A stretch of DNA of 32,000 nt from positions 1-32,000 of the forward strand of contig NZ_LT963432.1 in the NCBI RefSeq assembly GCF_900199515.1, written 5' to 3'. The position numbers were made by a program, and so were the translations under genes. The notes under the pieces were generated by a model. The model did no database searches and had not been told where the DNA came from. It worked only from the letters and a program-made list of their open reading frames with translations. Within the stretch, counting starts at the first letter, position 1. Each line of letters starts with the position of its first letter. Positions 15,497 to 23,835 of this stretch are shown piece after piece. This stretch comes from Massilicoli timonensis. Lineage in GTDB: Bacteria; Bacillota_I; Bacilli_A; Erysipelotrichales; Erysipelotrichaceae.

Positions 15497-16576
15497 TTAA
15501 CGATGTCTGAAGAACGTAGGAATGCCACCCTGCGCATCGTCCTCATCATCTTCCGCCACTGCCGTATTCTCATAAACCGAAACCTTCTCCTCAACCGTTC
15601 TTGGACGATGGAACAGTTCCGTTTTCTCTGCTTTTTCCTCTTTTTCCTCAAAACCGGTCGCAATTACCGTAACGATAATGGAATCACCCAGATTTTCATT
15701 GATGGCAACACCATAGATCGCATCAATGTCATTGCCGGCTGCTTCACGAATAAACGCCATCGCATCCTCCGCATCAAATAACGTAATGCTTTCACCACCG
15801 GTAATATTCACGATCGCATTTTTCGCCCCGGAAATCTGCGTTTCCAAAAGCGGTGATTGGATCGCCCGTTCCGCAGCCATGCGCGCCTTATCTTCGCCAT
15901 CAGCCATACCGATACCGATCAAAGCGCTTCCCTGATTTTCCATGATCGTTTTCACATCCGCAAAATCCAGATTGATCAGCGCCGGCACCGCAATCAGGTC
16001 GGTAATCGTCTGCACGCCCTGACGCAATACATTGTCTGCTGCCTGAAACGCTTCTACCAGCGGTTTTCTGCCCAATACTTCAAGCAGATTGTTATTGGAT
16101 ACGATGATCAAAGAATCTACGTACTCTTTCAGTTCTTCTAAACCGCTCATCGCCGCATTCATACGCTTTTTGCCTTCAAAAGTAAACGGCTTGGTAACGA
16201 TTCCCACCGTCAAAGCGCCTTCTTCCTTGGCAATCTTCGCAAACAGCGGAATCGCACCGGTACCGGTTCCACCACCTAATCCGGCTGTCAAAAACACCAT
16301 ATCGCTGCCTTTGATCGCTTCGCGGATCTCGTTTTCACTTTCCTGTGCCGCACGGCGTCCTACTTCCGGATTCGCACCGGCACCAAGCCCTTTGGTGATT
16401 TCCCTGCCCAAGATGATCTTATTTTCCACCGGCGATTTATTCAAAGCGGAAAGATCCGTATTGCAGGCATAAAAGGTTACGCCCTGTACGCCTTCATTCA
16501 CCATGCGGTTTACGGCATTACAGCCGCCCCCGCCAATTCCGAATACCTTAATATTTGCTACCTGATCAAATTCCAT
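15497..16576 (-). CDS. ftsZ: cell division protein FtsZ
   Basis: It carries the tubulin signature GGGTGTGA, N-terminal [17 protein letters not shown] and NTDLSAL. An acidic linker is followed by the C-terminal peptide [19 protein letters not shown] lies before the ATG. Confidence 0.97.
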   Translation of the reverse strand: MEFDQVANIKVFGIGGGGCNAVNRMVNEGVQGVTFYACNTDLSALNKSPVENKIILGREITKGLGAGANPEVGRRAAQESENEIREAIKGSDMVFLTAGLGGGTGTGAIPLFAKIAKEEGALTVGIVTKPFTFEGKKRMNAAMSGLEELKEYVDSLIIVSNNNLLEVLGRKPLVEAFQAADNVLRQGVQTITDLIAVPALINLDFADVKTIMENQGSALIGIGMADGEDKARMAAERAIQSPLLETQISGAKNAIVNITGGESITLFDAEDAMAFIREAAGNDIDAIYGVAINENLGDSIIVTVIATGFEEKEEKAEKTELFHRPRTVEEKVSVYENTAVAEDDEDDAQGGIPTFFRHR

Positions 16577-16591
16577 ATTTTTCTTCCTCTC

Positions 16592-17848
16592 TTACTTTTC
16601 GCTCAGCAGCATGCTTTTCAGCCGTTTCGTAAAACTGCCTTCATCATCTGTCGCTCTTCTTTTTCCAATCTGTGTTCCGTTTGTAATATCGCGAATGTCC
16701 GCACAGATACGATCATCGCTTCTGATTTCCAACTGCTCTTTCCAGTTATAAAAAAGACCCAAACAAACCGCAAGCGAACAATCCCTTGCGCCTATAATCT
16801 GCGGCACATACACTTTAGCCAAAGCATTAAAATCACCCATTCGCTCCGCTAAGCCTTGAATCTCCATTCCTTCACCGCACATCAGATAACGTCCATCACC
16901 TGTTTCCACGATCGGTGCACAGGCTTCATTGACGGCATTGATCCACGCGTCCACGTCATCTTTCACACAATCATATAATTGCTTCATCGTAAGCTGTTTG
17001 GTTACTTTCTCCTCGTTCCAAAGATAGATGACCGCATCCTCTTCCATATCCTTTGCGAAAGTCAGATTGTTTTTCAATAAACGAAAGCCGACATCGCTGG
17101 GAAAGCCAAACGCTTCTTTCAGATCCGTTAACCATTTCCCATATCCGCTGTCCAACACCTCACAGCTTACCAGTTTACCATGCGTAAACAAAGAAAGTGT
17201 TGTATCTTGTCGGTCAAGGTCCACTTGTATGACATATTTATCGACAGTTTGTTCAAATACCGCCGCTTCCTCTGCCATTGCATAAGCGTCAAGGCAGATA
17301 TCCATGATTTCCAAGCCCGCCTTCTCCACACAGCGTGCATACGCATAAACGATCTCTTTCTTTGCATAAAGCAAATCGACATTCATCGTCAATACATCGC
17401 AAATTTCGCCGATCGGCATCTTTCTGCTTGTAATGCCATTGGTGATGTATTTGATACAGCCGATATTTACCAATTCCACATCATCACCGGGTTTATAGCT
17501 GACCGCTTCATTGATGCCCATCTGAATATGGGAAAGACGAACCCGCTTGCTGCCTTCCTCTAAAGGAACACTGACACGCTTCGCGGCTCGCTCCACACCA
17601 ATCGCCGGAATCGCTACTAAAACCCGTTCGATTTTATATCCCAGAGCATGGGAGCTCTTTGTAATCAATTTAATAATCGCAGCTACGACCGCCTGTTCAT
17701 CGACGATTTCTTTATGCGCCACACCGCTGCATCGTGTACGTTCAACCCGCAGCACGTTAAAGCGTGATTCATGAAACTCGCCTACGACCAAGCGAATCTC
17801 ATGCGAGGCAATTTCCAAAGCCGCATAAATCTGTTTGAGTTGCTTCAA
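16592..17848 (-). CDS. ftsA: cell division protein FtsA
   Basis: Actin/SHS2-like ATPase located immediately upstream of ftsZ (15-nt gap). It has a C-terminal amphipathic tail (FTKRLKSMLL). There is no ATG near the 5' end. I prefer TTG 17848, which has AGGGGG 8 nt upstream, over TTG 17875. Confidence 0.85.
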   Translation of the reverse strand: MKQLKQIYAALEIASHEIRLVVGEFHESRFNVLRVERTRCSGVAHKEIVDEQAVVAAIIKLITKSSHALGYKIERVLVAIPAIGVERAAKRVSVPLEEGSKRVRLSHIQMGINEAVSYKPGDDVELVNIGCIKYITNGITSRKMPIGEICDVLTMNVDLLYAKKEIVYAYARCVEKAGLEIMDICLDAYAMAEEAAVFEQTVDKYVIQVDLDRQDTTLSLFTHGKLVSCEVLDSGYGKWLTDLKEAFGFPSDVGFRLLKNNLTFAKDMEEDAVIYLWNEEKVTKQLTMKQLYDCVKDDVDAWINAVNEACAPIVETGDGRYLMCGEGMEIQGLAERMGDFNALAKVYVPQIIGARDCSLAVCLGLFYNWKEQLEIRSDDRICADIRDITNGTQIGKRRATDDEGSFTKRLKSMLLSEK

Positions 17849-17957
17849 AGGTATAACCCCCTTACTGTCAATCAAGTCTCTATATTATAATAACATAATT
17901 TCATTCTGAAAAAAACACAATTTCCATACATTTTTATTACCTTGCGATATGAAAGAA

Positions 17958-17981
17958 AGCATGAGCGCTTACCCCATGCTT
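17958..17981 (-). terminator. possible terminator after surface-protein operon
   Basis: The minus strand reads AAGCATG-(10-nt loop)-CATGCTT followed by a weak TCTTTC tract. It overlaps the TAA stop. Confidence 0.35.
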
Positions 17982-19368
17982 ATTCATCCTGATCTTTCAT
18001 CTGATAAAGTTCTCGGCGATGTGCCAAATATCTTTTTTTATTGATCGCATTCAAATAAAAGCCAACCCCGGAAAGTACCGCAAACACCGCTGTTCCAGCA
18101 ATACCGGCAATCATATACATGTTCATGGAGGACATGGAACCTTTTAATTCATCGTACGCACTCTGTGATACTGCCGCCATATCCGCTGCAATCTGTAATG
18201 TGCCTTCACTTTTTTCATACAGATAGTAATTTGCCTTGCCCTCTTTATTCATCAGATAAAGCAGCACATAGTTTTCATATGCCTTATCCTCATATTCCCA
18301 ACCGTCGATCGTTAAATCGCCAATCTTGATCTTCGCATTGTACTTCATGCCGCTGCGCTCTTGTGCGCTTCTTACGATGCTTAGCTGAATATAATCCTTT
18401 CCCGCAATCTGAATCGGCTTATACAAAGAAACGACCGTTCCTTCTTTTTCATCGTAAATATAAAAATCTTTGTTTCCATCCTCATTACGCAGATACAGAA
18501 GCGTAAGCTTCATATCCGCATTTTTCCATGCCGGTACATCTTTTCCATTGACCGCAAGCGTCGTTTTCTCAAATCCGGCAGGTGCTTCCAAGCGATCTAC
18601 CTTGGTTACGATACCGTAATTCATTTTATCGAACTTGATCTGCGTCAAATTCTTTTCCTCTACATAAATATTGATTTTATAAGTCCGTACGTCGCCGTTT
18701 TCCGCCGTAACCTTTACCTCAACGAGATTATCGCCTTCTACAAGCGTCTTTTCGCCTGTTCCCTCAATCGAAGCCTTTGTATCCTTTGCCTGTGCCGATA
18801 CACTTGTAGCAGTAGAACCTGCTTTCAGATTCACATTGTATTCGGTTACTTCCGGATCAAAGGCAGGACTCAATGTTCCTTTTGACAAGCTCAGACTGGA
18901 CAATAAATTGTCAGATGATTTTGCTTCATCGCCCTTATGCGAGTTCACACTTTGCTGCGAATCACTCGGTGAAGACGGTACATAAGTCGTATTGCCGCCA
19001 CTTGTTTGTGCTACTATTGATACGCTCGCACTGCTTATTAAAGTGCCTGCTGCCATTTGTACACGATTGTTGGGATCACTCGTATCTATCGCATCTTCTG
19101 CAGTCATAGAAATAACGCCAGTCCCTACATTGACAGCTGTCGCAGTTACTGTTATCCCCTGATTTCTATCACAAAAAGTTTTGCTTGCTTGAATATTAGA
19201 AACATTGGCATTTCCTGAAAAACTAACGGTTCCTTCTGCTACTCCACAAGACAGAGTTACCGTAAAACTATTGCCGGGATATACAGTTACTGCAGAAATG
19301 GGAATGATCCCAACAAAAGTTAAGATTGAAAGTAAAGCGATTCCAATTTTTATATTTTTATATCTCAT
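17980..19368 (-). CDS. membrane-anchored surface protein with cadherin-like beta-sandwich domain
   Basis: Domain order:
- signal peptide
- about 95-aa beta-rich N-terminal module
- S/T/Q linker
- cadherin-like beta-sandwich signature (LSSLSLSKGTLSPAFDPEVTEYNVNL...VRTYKINIYV)
- an internally duplicated module
- C-terminal TM helix (MIAGIAGTAVFAVLSGVGFYL) plus a basic tail. Confidence 0.8.
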   Translation of the reverse strand: MRYKNIKIGIALLSILTFVGIIPISAVTVYPGNSFTVTLSCGVAEGTVSFSGNANVSNIQASKTFCDRNQGITVTATAVNVGTGVISMTAEDAIDTSDPNNRVQMAAGTLISSASVSIVAQTSGGNTTYVPSSPSDSQQSVNSHKGDEAKSSDNLLSSLSLSKGTLSPAFDPEVTEYNVNLKAGSTATSVSAQAKDTKASIEGTGEKTLVEGDNLVEVKVTAENGDVRTYKINIYVEEKNLTQIKFDKMNYGIVTKVDRLEAPAGFEKTTLAVNGKDVPAWKNADMKLTLLYLRNEDGNKDFYIYDEKEGTVVSLYKPIQIAGKDYIQLSIVRSAQERSGMKYNAKIKIGDLTIDGWEYEDKAYENYVLLYLMNKEGKANYYLYEKSEGTLQIAADMAAVSQSAYDELKGSMSSMNMYMIAGIAGTAVFAVLSGVGFYLNAINKKRYLAHRRELYQMKDQDE

Positions 19369-19378
19369 TAGATTCTCC

Positions 19379-21163
19379 TTATTGCTTTATTAAATTGATA
19401 CCTAAAATATGGTCTTTTATCAATACATAGTCCATAGAACTAATTTTACCATCACCATTCACATCAGCAGCACTCAAAGAACTGCCGCTTAAAGTAGTGA
19501 TCTTTAATATATGGTCTTTTACAAGAACATAATCCATAGAACTAATTTTACCATCACCATTCACATCGCCTTTCAGATAACTAGGAGAAGGTGTTATGAT
19601 CTGCCCATTCCCCTCGCTGACGATCTTGACATAACTGGAATGAATGTACGCATAACTGTTATCCTTATCATAATCACCATCAGGATTATAGTTATTATCC
19701 ACCGTATCAAAACCGGTACGAGAAGCATTTAAGTTCGGATCTGTCTGTATTTTATACCATACATCAGAGCCGTTTACCGTTTCGCCTTTTACACTGTCTA
19801 ATATGACAAACGGATAACTTACGTTCTTCCCTGTACGATATAACACCGTGGAACTGGTGTTTGGCTCCTTGCGGATATTCACGTTATCGCTGTTTTCCTT
19901 TATGCCGACGGTATAGACTTTATAGTCTTTTTTACCGTTGTATTCATCGACCGCATACATGATCGCCGCAGCGGTTTCGCCCCACCAAGGATCAGAAGCA
20001 TATTTCAGTCCGACACCGCTCGCCTTATCGCCTAAATGACCGCCGTTATAACGATAATCACCCGGATCTAAATAGCCGCGGGAAATGAAACTGTGCATAT
20101 GCACATAAATACTATATTGCGGATTAGGATACGGATTCGCAGAAGCGCCAGGCGAACTGTCATATGCCGCATGTCCGAATAAATTGTTTTTTGTCATTGC
20201 GATCTCACTTTTTCCATATGCACTTTCATTGCATGATACCGCATAAGCCATCAAGGCATTGACACCGTATGTCTGTCCATAGCTCACATAATAAGTGCCT
20301 AGTCCTTTCATTTGGGAAGCCGCCGATCCAACGATATCATTCGTATAAGCATCAAATTCCTGCGCGCTGTAATTAGAAGAAGCACGATGCGTTAAATACT
20401 GAAAATAGTTATAGTAAGGCTTGCCCGCATTAACCGCATGCGGATATGCGTATGTATTTGCTTTATAATCATCATACATCTGGTGCTCATTTTGATAAAA
20501 ATAATGACCGTCATAACTGAAATAATTGACATTAGCCGTTAAATAAGGCACATCCTGCGCATATCCCACCATTTTTTTATAATAAAGATTCTGTGCATTA
20601 TTATAATTGATATAATGCCACAGCTTTCCGCTTTCCACTCGATAAAACGAAGTATATAAATGATTGACATCACCATATACCGCTACCTGACTTTCATAGG
20701 ACGGAAGAATAGCACCGACCACACCGGACATCTTAAAACGGATTCGATTCTGCGCATCTTTCCCTAAATAAGCACCGGAATTAGTACCGCCGAGATATCC
20801 TACCAGCCCGGTTGCTTCATCAATGTATTCAATATAATTGCCTGTACGATTAGAATAAAAATCTACGATTCCATAAGACACACTGTAATCACTGGCTGCA
20901 CGGGCAACAGAACGCCGCATTCTGCTTTTGGGAAGCGGGACTTCTTCCACTTCATTGCCGTCCGCATCATATAACTGTGATACGCCGCTGTATTCATCGA
21001 TCAGTTCTTTCATTTCCTGATATTCCTCTGACTGCGTAAACAATTCATCTATTTTATCATCTGATGCACCGTTATCCTCGCTCTTGTCGCTCTGTGCTTT
21101 TATATCATTGAAGCCAACGAAAAGTAAACATAATATTGATAATAATGCCCATCCTTTTTTCAT
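19379..21163 (-). CDS. secreted GH73 N-acetylglucosaminidase-family peptidoglycan hydrolase with SH3b-like and type I dockerin modules
   Basis: Domain order:
- signal peptide MKKGWALLSILCLLFVGFNDIKA
- GH73 core (CNESAYGKS, KNNLFGHAAYD, YASDPWWGE)
- SH3b-like segment (VNIRKEPNTSSTVLYRTG...GSDVWYKIQ)
- two repeats DVNGDGKISSMDYVL(V/I)KDHIL. Confidence 0.85.
   Translation of the reverse strand: MKKGWALLSILCLLFVGFNDIKAQSDKSEDNGASDDKIDELFTQSEEYQEMKELIDEYSGVSQLYDADGNEVEEVPLPKSRMRRSVARAASDYSVSYGIVDFYSNRTGNYIEYIDEATGLVGYLGGTNSGAYLGKDAQNRIRFKMSGVVGAILPSYESQVAVYGDVNHLYTSFYRVESGKLWHYINYNNAQNLYYKKMVGYAQDVPYLTANVNYFSYDGHYFYQNEHQMYDDYKANTYAYPHAVNAGKPYYNYFQYLTHRASSNYSAQEFDAYTNDIVGSAASQMKGLGTYYVSYGQTYGVNALMAYAVSCNESAYGKSEIAMTKNNLFGHAAYDSSPGASANPYPNPQYSIYVHMHSFISRGYLDPGDYRYNGGHLGDKASGVGLKYASDPWWGETAAAIMYAVDEYNGKKDYKVYTVGIKENSDNVNIRKEPNTSSTVLYRTGKNVSYPFVILDSVKGETVNGSDVWYKIQTDPNLNASRTGFDTVDNNYNPDGDYDKDNSYAYIHSSYVKIVSEGNGQIITPSPSYLKGDVNGDGKISSMDYVLVKDHILKITTLSGSSLSAADVNGDGKISSMDYVLIKDHILGINLIKQ
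19407..19567 (-). repeat. 102-bp-period tandem duplication encoding the two dockerin calcium-binding repeats
   Basis: Segments 19407-19465 and 19509-19567 match at 54 of 59 nt, and their last 34 nt are identical. The period is 102 nt, or 34 codons. Confidence 0.8.
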
Positions 21164-21321
21164 TGATCCACTTCCTTTGCATAAAAATACATCATAATTA
21201 TATAATAGAAAGTAAATTTTGTATAGATAAAAGAATATGGGAAATTTTACTACTGCTTAGCCTTTTGAAAATACTAAAAAGCACCCATTTTCTCAGCTGA
21301 AATATTTTTAGAAAAATTATC

Positions 21322-21350
21322 TTGCTTTTTCATATATTAGATGCTATTAT
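21322..21350 (+). promoter_or_regulatory. promoter of rpmB
   Basis: TTGCTT (21322-21327), 17 nt, then TATTAT (21345-21350). This is about 44 nt upstream of the rpmB ATG. Confidence 0.5.
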
Positions 21351-21393
21351 ATATGGGCGATTAAGTCAATTACTTACGGAAGGAGGTAACTAT

Positions 21394-21582
21394 ATGTCAA
21401 GAGTTTGTGCAGTAACAGGAAAAGGTCCTTTATCAGGAAATAAACGCTCTCATTCCATGCGTGCTACACGCCGTAAATGGAATGTAAACTTACAGAAAGT
21501 GAAAGTAATGGTTGACGGAAAACCTCAGACAATCCGTATCTCAGCTCGTGCTTTGAAAACGCTGAAAAAGAGCAGTATCTAA
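21394..21582 (+). CDS. rpmB: 50S ribosomal protein L28
   Basis: The 62-aa product [38 protein letters not shown]... is canonical L28. GGAAGGAGGT lies 7 nt before the ATG. The ORF-track start at 21322 is a spurious upstream extension. Confidence 0.95.
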   Translation: MSRVCAVTGKGPLSGNKRSHSMRATRRKWNVNLQKVKVMVDGKPQTIRISARALKTLKKSSI

Positions 21583-21585
21583 TAA

Positions 21586-21610
21586 AACAGGGAAACCTGT
21601 TTTTTTCTTT
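21586..21610 (+). terminator. rho-independent terminator after rpmB (probably bidirectional, also serving convergent thiN)
   Basis: AACAGG-GAAA-CCTGTT followed by TTTTTCTTT. The opposite strand also has a T-rich tail (TTTTATT). Confidence 0.7.
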
Positions 21611-21651
21611 ATGTATTTGATAAAGTAGAAAGAAAAACGGTATCGGATCAC

Positions 21652-22275
21652 TTAATATGATTCAATGCCGTTTTTTTCATCTTCACACTGTATGAGCAGC
21701 ACACTGCCCTTTTCTACCGTAAGGTACGCTTCTCCTATGATTTCATTGGAAACCGTAAAAATGTCCTTGGTTGTAATCGCACGATGGGCAAGCGGATAAG
21801 CCACACCGCTTATGGTAATTACACTGTCCTCCAAAGCCAACAGCGACAAATAGCGAAAGCGTTTTTGCAGTGAATAAGCGCCGACCTTCGCCATACGGAT
21901 CTCATGATGCGCATCTTCCAAGATCAGTGTATGATCGCGATATAACATCAAGTAAAGATTGGCAAGTGTATGATCCATCCTGCCGCCTAGGCCGCCGTAT
22001 AAATAGATCTGTTCATAACCGCGGTCTTTGGCTAAAGCAATGGCAGCCTCACTGTCCGTTTCGTTTTTTCGCTTTGGCAAACAGATCACTTCCGTAGCGC
22101 TTTGCAATTTTATTAACTGTTCTTTGCTGATGGAATCAAAATCGCCGATGGCACAGATCATCGGAATACCGCTGCACAGACAGTGCCATGCGCCTTTGTC
22201 TACGCCGATGTAATCAAAGCGCGCATCATAGCCAAGCGCTTCACTTCGCCCAGCAACTAAGCGCACCGGCTTCAT
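21652..22275 (-). CDS. thiN: thiamine diphosphokinase
   Basis: TPK motifs are GDFDS, TDSEAA and GGLGGRMDHTLANL, with a C-terminal B1-binding beta domain. The start overlaps the rpe stop (ATGA). Confidence 0.85.
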   Translation of the reverse strand: MKPVRLVAGRSEALGYDARFDYIGVDKGAWHCLCSGIPMICAIGDFDSISKEQLIKLQSATEVICLPKRKNETDSEAAIALAKDRGYEQIYLYGGLGGRMDHTLANLYLMLYRDHTLILEDAHHEIRMAKVGAYSLQKRFRYLSLLALEDSVITISGVAYPLAHRAITTKDIFTVSNEIIGEAYLTVEKGSVLLIQCEDEKNGIESY

Positions 22276-22925
22276 AAAAGACTTTCTACCGCCGTTTTAA
22301 TGTCATTTCGAAAAACATAACTGCCTGCTACCAACACATCGACACCGGCGGCTTTCGCCAGTTTTGCGGTATCGGCATTGATGCCACCGTCAATCTCGAT
22401 CAAAGTCGAACGGTTTTGCTCTACGATCTGTTTTTTGATATAGCGTACTTTTTCCAACATGTCTTCCATGAACGACTGACCGCCGAATCCCGGCTCTACG
22501 GACATGATCAACACGACATCGATCACATCCAGCAATGGATCCAATACGCTGATCGGCGTGCCCGGCTTTACGCTGACCCCGGCTTTGGCATGCCAGGCAT
22601 GGATCTCTTCACAGATCATGCGCACTTCTTTTTCATCTTTGCATGCCTCATAATGAAAGGTCAGAATATCCGCGCCGGCTTTCAGAAACACATCGGAAAA
22701 GAAAACGGGATCTTCTACCATGATATGCACATCCATCACCATATCCGTACATTTCTTAAAGCCCTTCAACAGATCAGGCCCAAAGGTCAGGTTCGGCACG
22801 AAATGACCATCCATCACATCAAAATGCAGCCACTCTGCCTTGCTTTCATTTAACTGCTTCAACTGCTCGCTCACATTCGCATAATCAAGCGATAAGATCG
22901 AAGGTGCTACAATGGTTTTTGTCAT
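22272..22925 (-). CDS. rpe: ribulose-phosphate 3-epimerase
   Basis: Motifs are PSILSLDY, HFDVMDGHFVPNLTFG, MSVEPGFGGQ and DGGIN. The ATG at 22925 has GGAGGA 5 nt upstream. The ORF-track start is 22970. Confidence 0.93.
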   Translation of the reverse strand: MTKTIVAPSILSLDYANVSEQLKQLNESKAEWLHFDVMDGHFVPNLTFGPDLLKGFKKCTDMVMDVHIMVEDPVFFSDVFLKAGADILTFHYEACKDEKEVRMICEEIHAWHAKAGVSVKPGTPISVLDPLLDVIDVVLIMSVEPGFGGQSFMEDMLEKVRYIKKQIVEQNRSTLIEIDGGINADTAKLAKAAGVDVLVAGSYVFRNDIKTAVESLL

Positions 22926-22936
22926 AGTTTTCCTCC

Positions 22937-23803
22937 TTAGCGATATTTTATTTTCTGATTTAAGATCCATTCACAGATCTCTCGATAGTGCGCATAACGG
23001 GTTTGGGAAATGCGTCCTTCTTTCACCGCGTTTTGAATCGCACAATCCGGTTCTTTCAAATGCCGGCAGTCCTGAAAGCGACAGTTCCCCAGCATCTCTT
23101 GAAAATCAGGAATGGCAGCCGCCAGCTTGTCGATTTCCACGTGCGTAAAGTCAAGAGAAGAAAAACCCGGCGTATCCGCTACCCAGCCACCGCTCACAGC
23201 CATCAGTTCACAGTGCCGCGTCGTATGCTTGCCTCGCCCCAGCGCCTTTGAGATCTGCTGGGTCTTTAGCTCGAAATTGGCATCCAGACGATTGATCAGA
23301 GAACTTTTCCCGGCACCGCTTTGTCCCGTCAATACGCTGATCTTTCCTTTCAACATCTGCTTTAATGCTTCATCGCTTCGATCAAGACCGGTTTCAAATA
23401 CTTCATAGCCGCTGTTTCGATAATCCAAAAGCGCCGCATGCACCGGATCATTTGCATCGACGAGGTCCATTTTGCTGACACAGATGATCGGTTTGATCTT
23501 GGCATAACAGATCAAAAAGATCAGCCGATCGACCAAGGCCGTCGAAAACTGCGGATCACACGCTGACATTACGATGATCGCCTGATCGACATTGGCAATG
23601 CGCGGGCGCACCAGCTCATTTTGCCGCGGCAGGATCTGCTGGATCCCATTTTGATCGCCAAAGCGTTCCACCAGCACCAGATCGCCGACGACCGGCGCCT
23701 TGTCCTTGCGCAGTTTCCCCATTGCCACACATTCCAGCAGTTCTCCATCGACCAATACCTGATACTGATGCGAGATGATCTTGATAATTCTACCTTTTTC
23801 CAT
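22937..23803 (-). CDS. rsgA: ribosome small-subunit-dependent GTPase A
   Basis: It has an OB-fold N-terminus and a circularly permuted GTPase domain (SKMDL, GQSGAGKSSLIN, DTPGF). The C-terminal zinc cluster is CRFQDCRHLKEPDCAI. Confidence 0.93.
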   Translation of the reverse strand: MEKGRIIKIISHQYQVLVDGELLECVAMGKLRKDKAPVVGDLVLVERFGDQNGIQQILPRQNELVRPRIANVDQAIIVMSACDPQFSTALVDRLIFLICYAKIKPIICVSKMDLVDANDPVHAALLDYRNSGYEVFETGLDRSDEALKQMLKGKISVLTGQSGAGKSSLINRLDANFELKTQQISKALGRGKHTTRHCELMAVSGGWVADTPGFSSLDFTHVEIDKLAAAIPDFQEMLGNCRFQDCRHLKEPDCAIQNAVKEGRISQTRYAHYREICEWILNQKIKYR

Positions 23804-23835
23804 GCTTACCTCACTTTATGCGTGCTTTTGCTTCA

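Noticed and set aside
17876-17915. dif-like XerCD site (ATTATGTTATTATAATAT on the minus strand)
   Set aside because: Only the TTATGT core resembles the XerD arm. The XerC arm and 6-bp spacer do not fit the Bacillus or E. coli dif sequences I recall. The location next to ftsA and near an rRNA operon is not terminus-like. It is more likely just the AT-rich ftsA promoter region, which contains TATAAT at 17884-17889.
21322-21393. N-terminal extensions offered by the ORF track for rpmB, rpe (22970), prkC (25548), stp (26290), rlmN (27321), rsmB (28704), adh (12399) and rSAM (11159)
   Set aside because: In each case an internal ATG has a good GGAGG-type SD at 5-9 nt and gives the canonical family N-terminus. 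The longer form overlaps an upstream gene, promoter or terminator.
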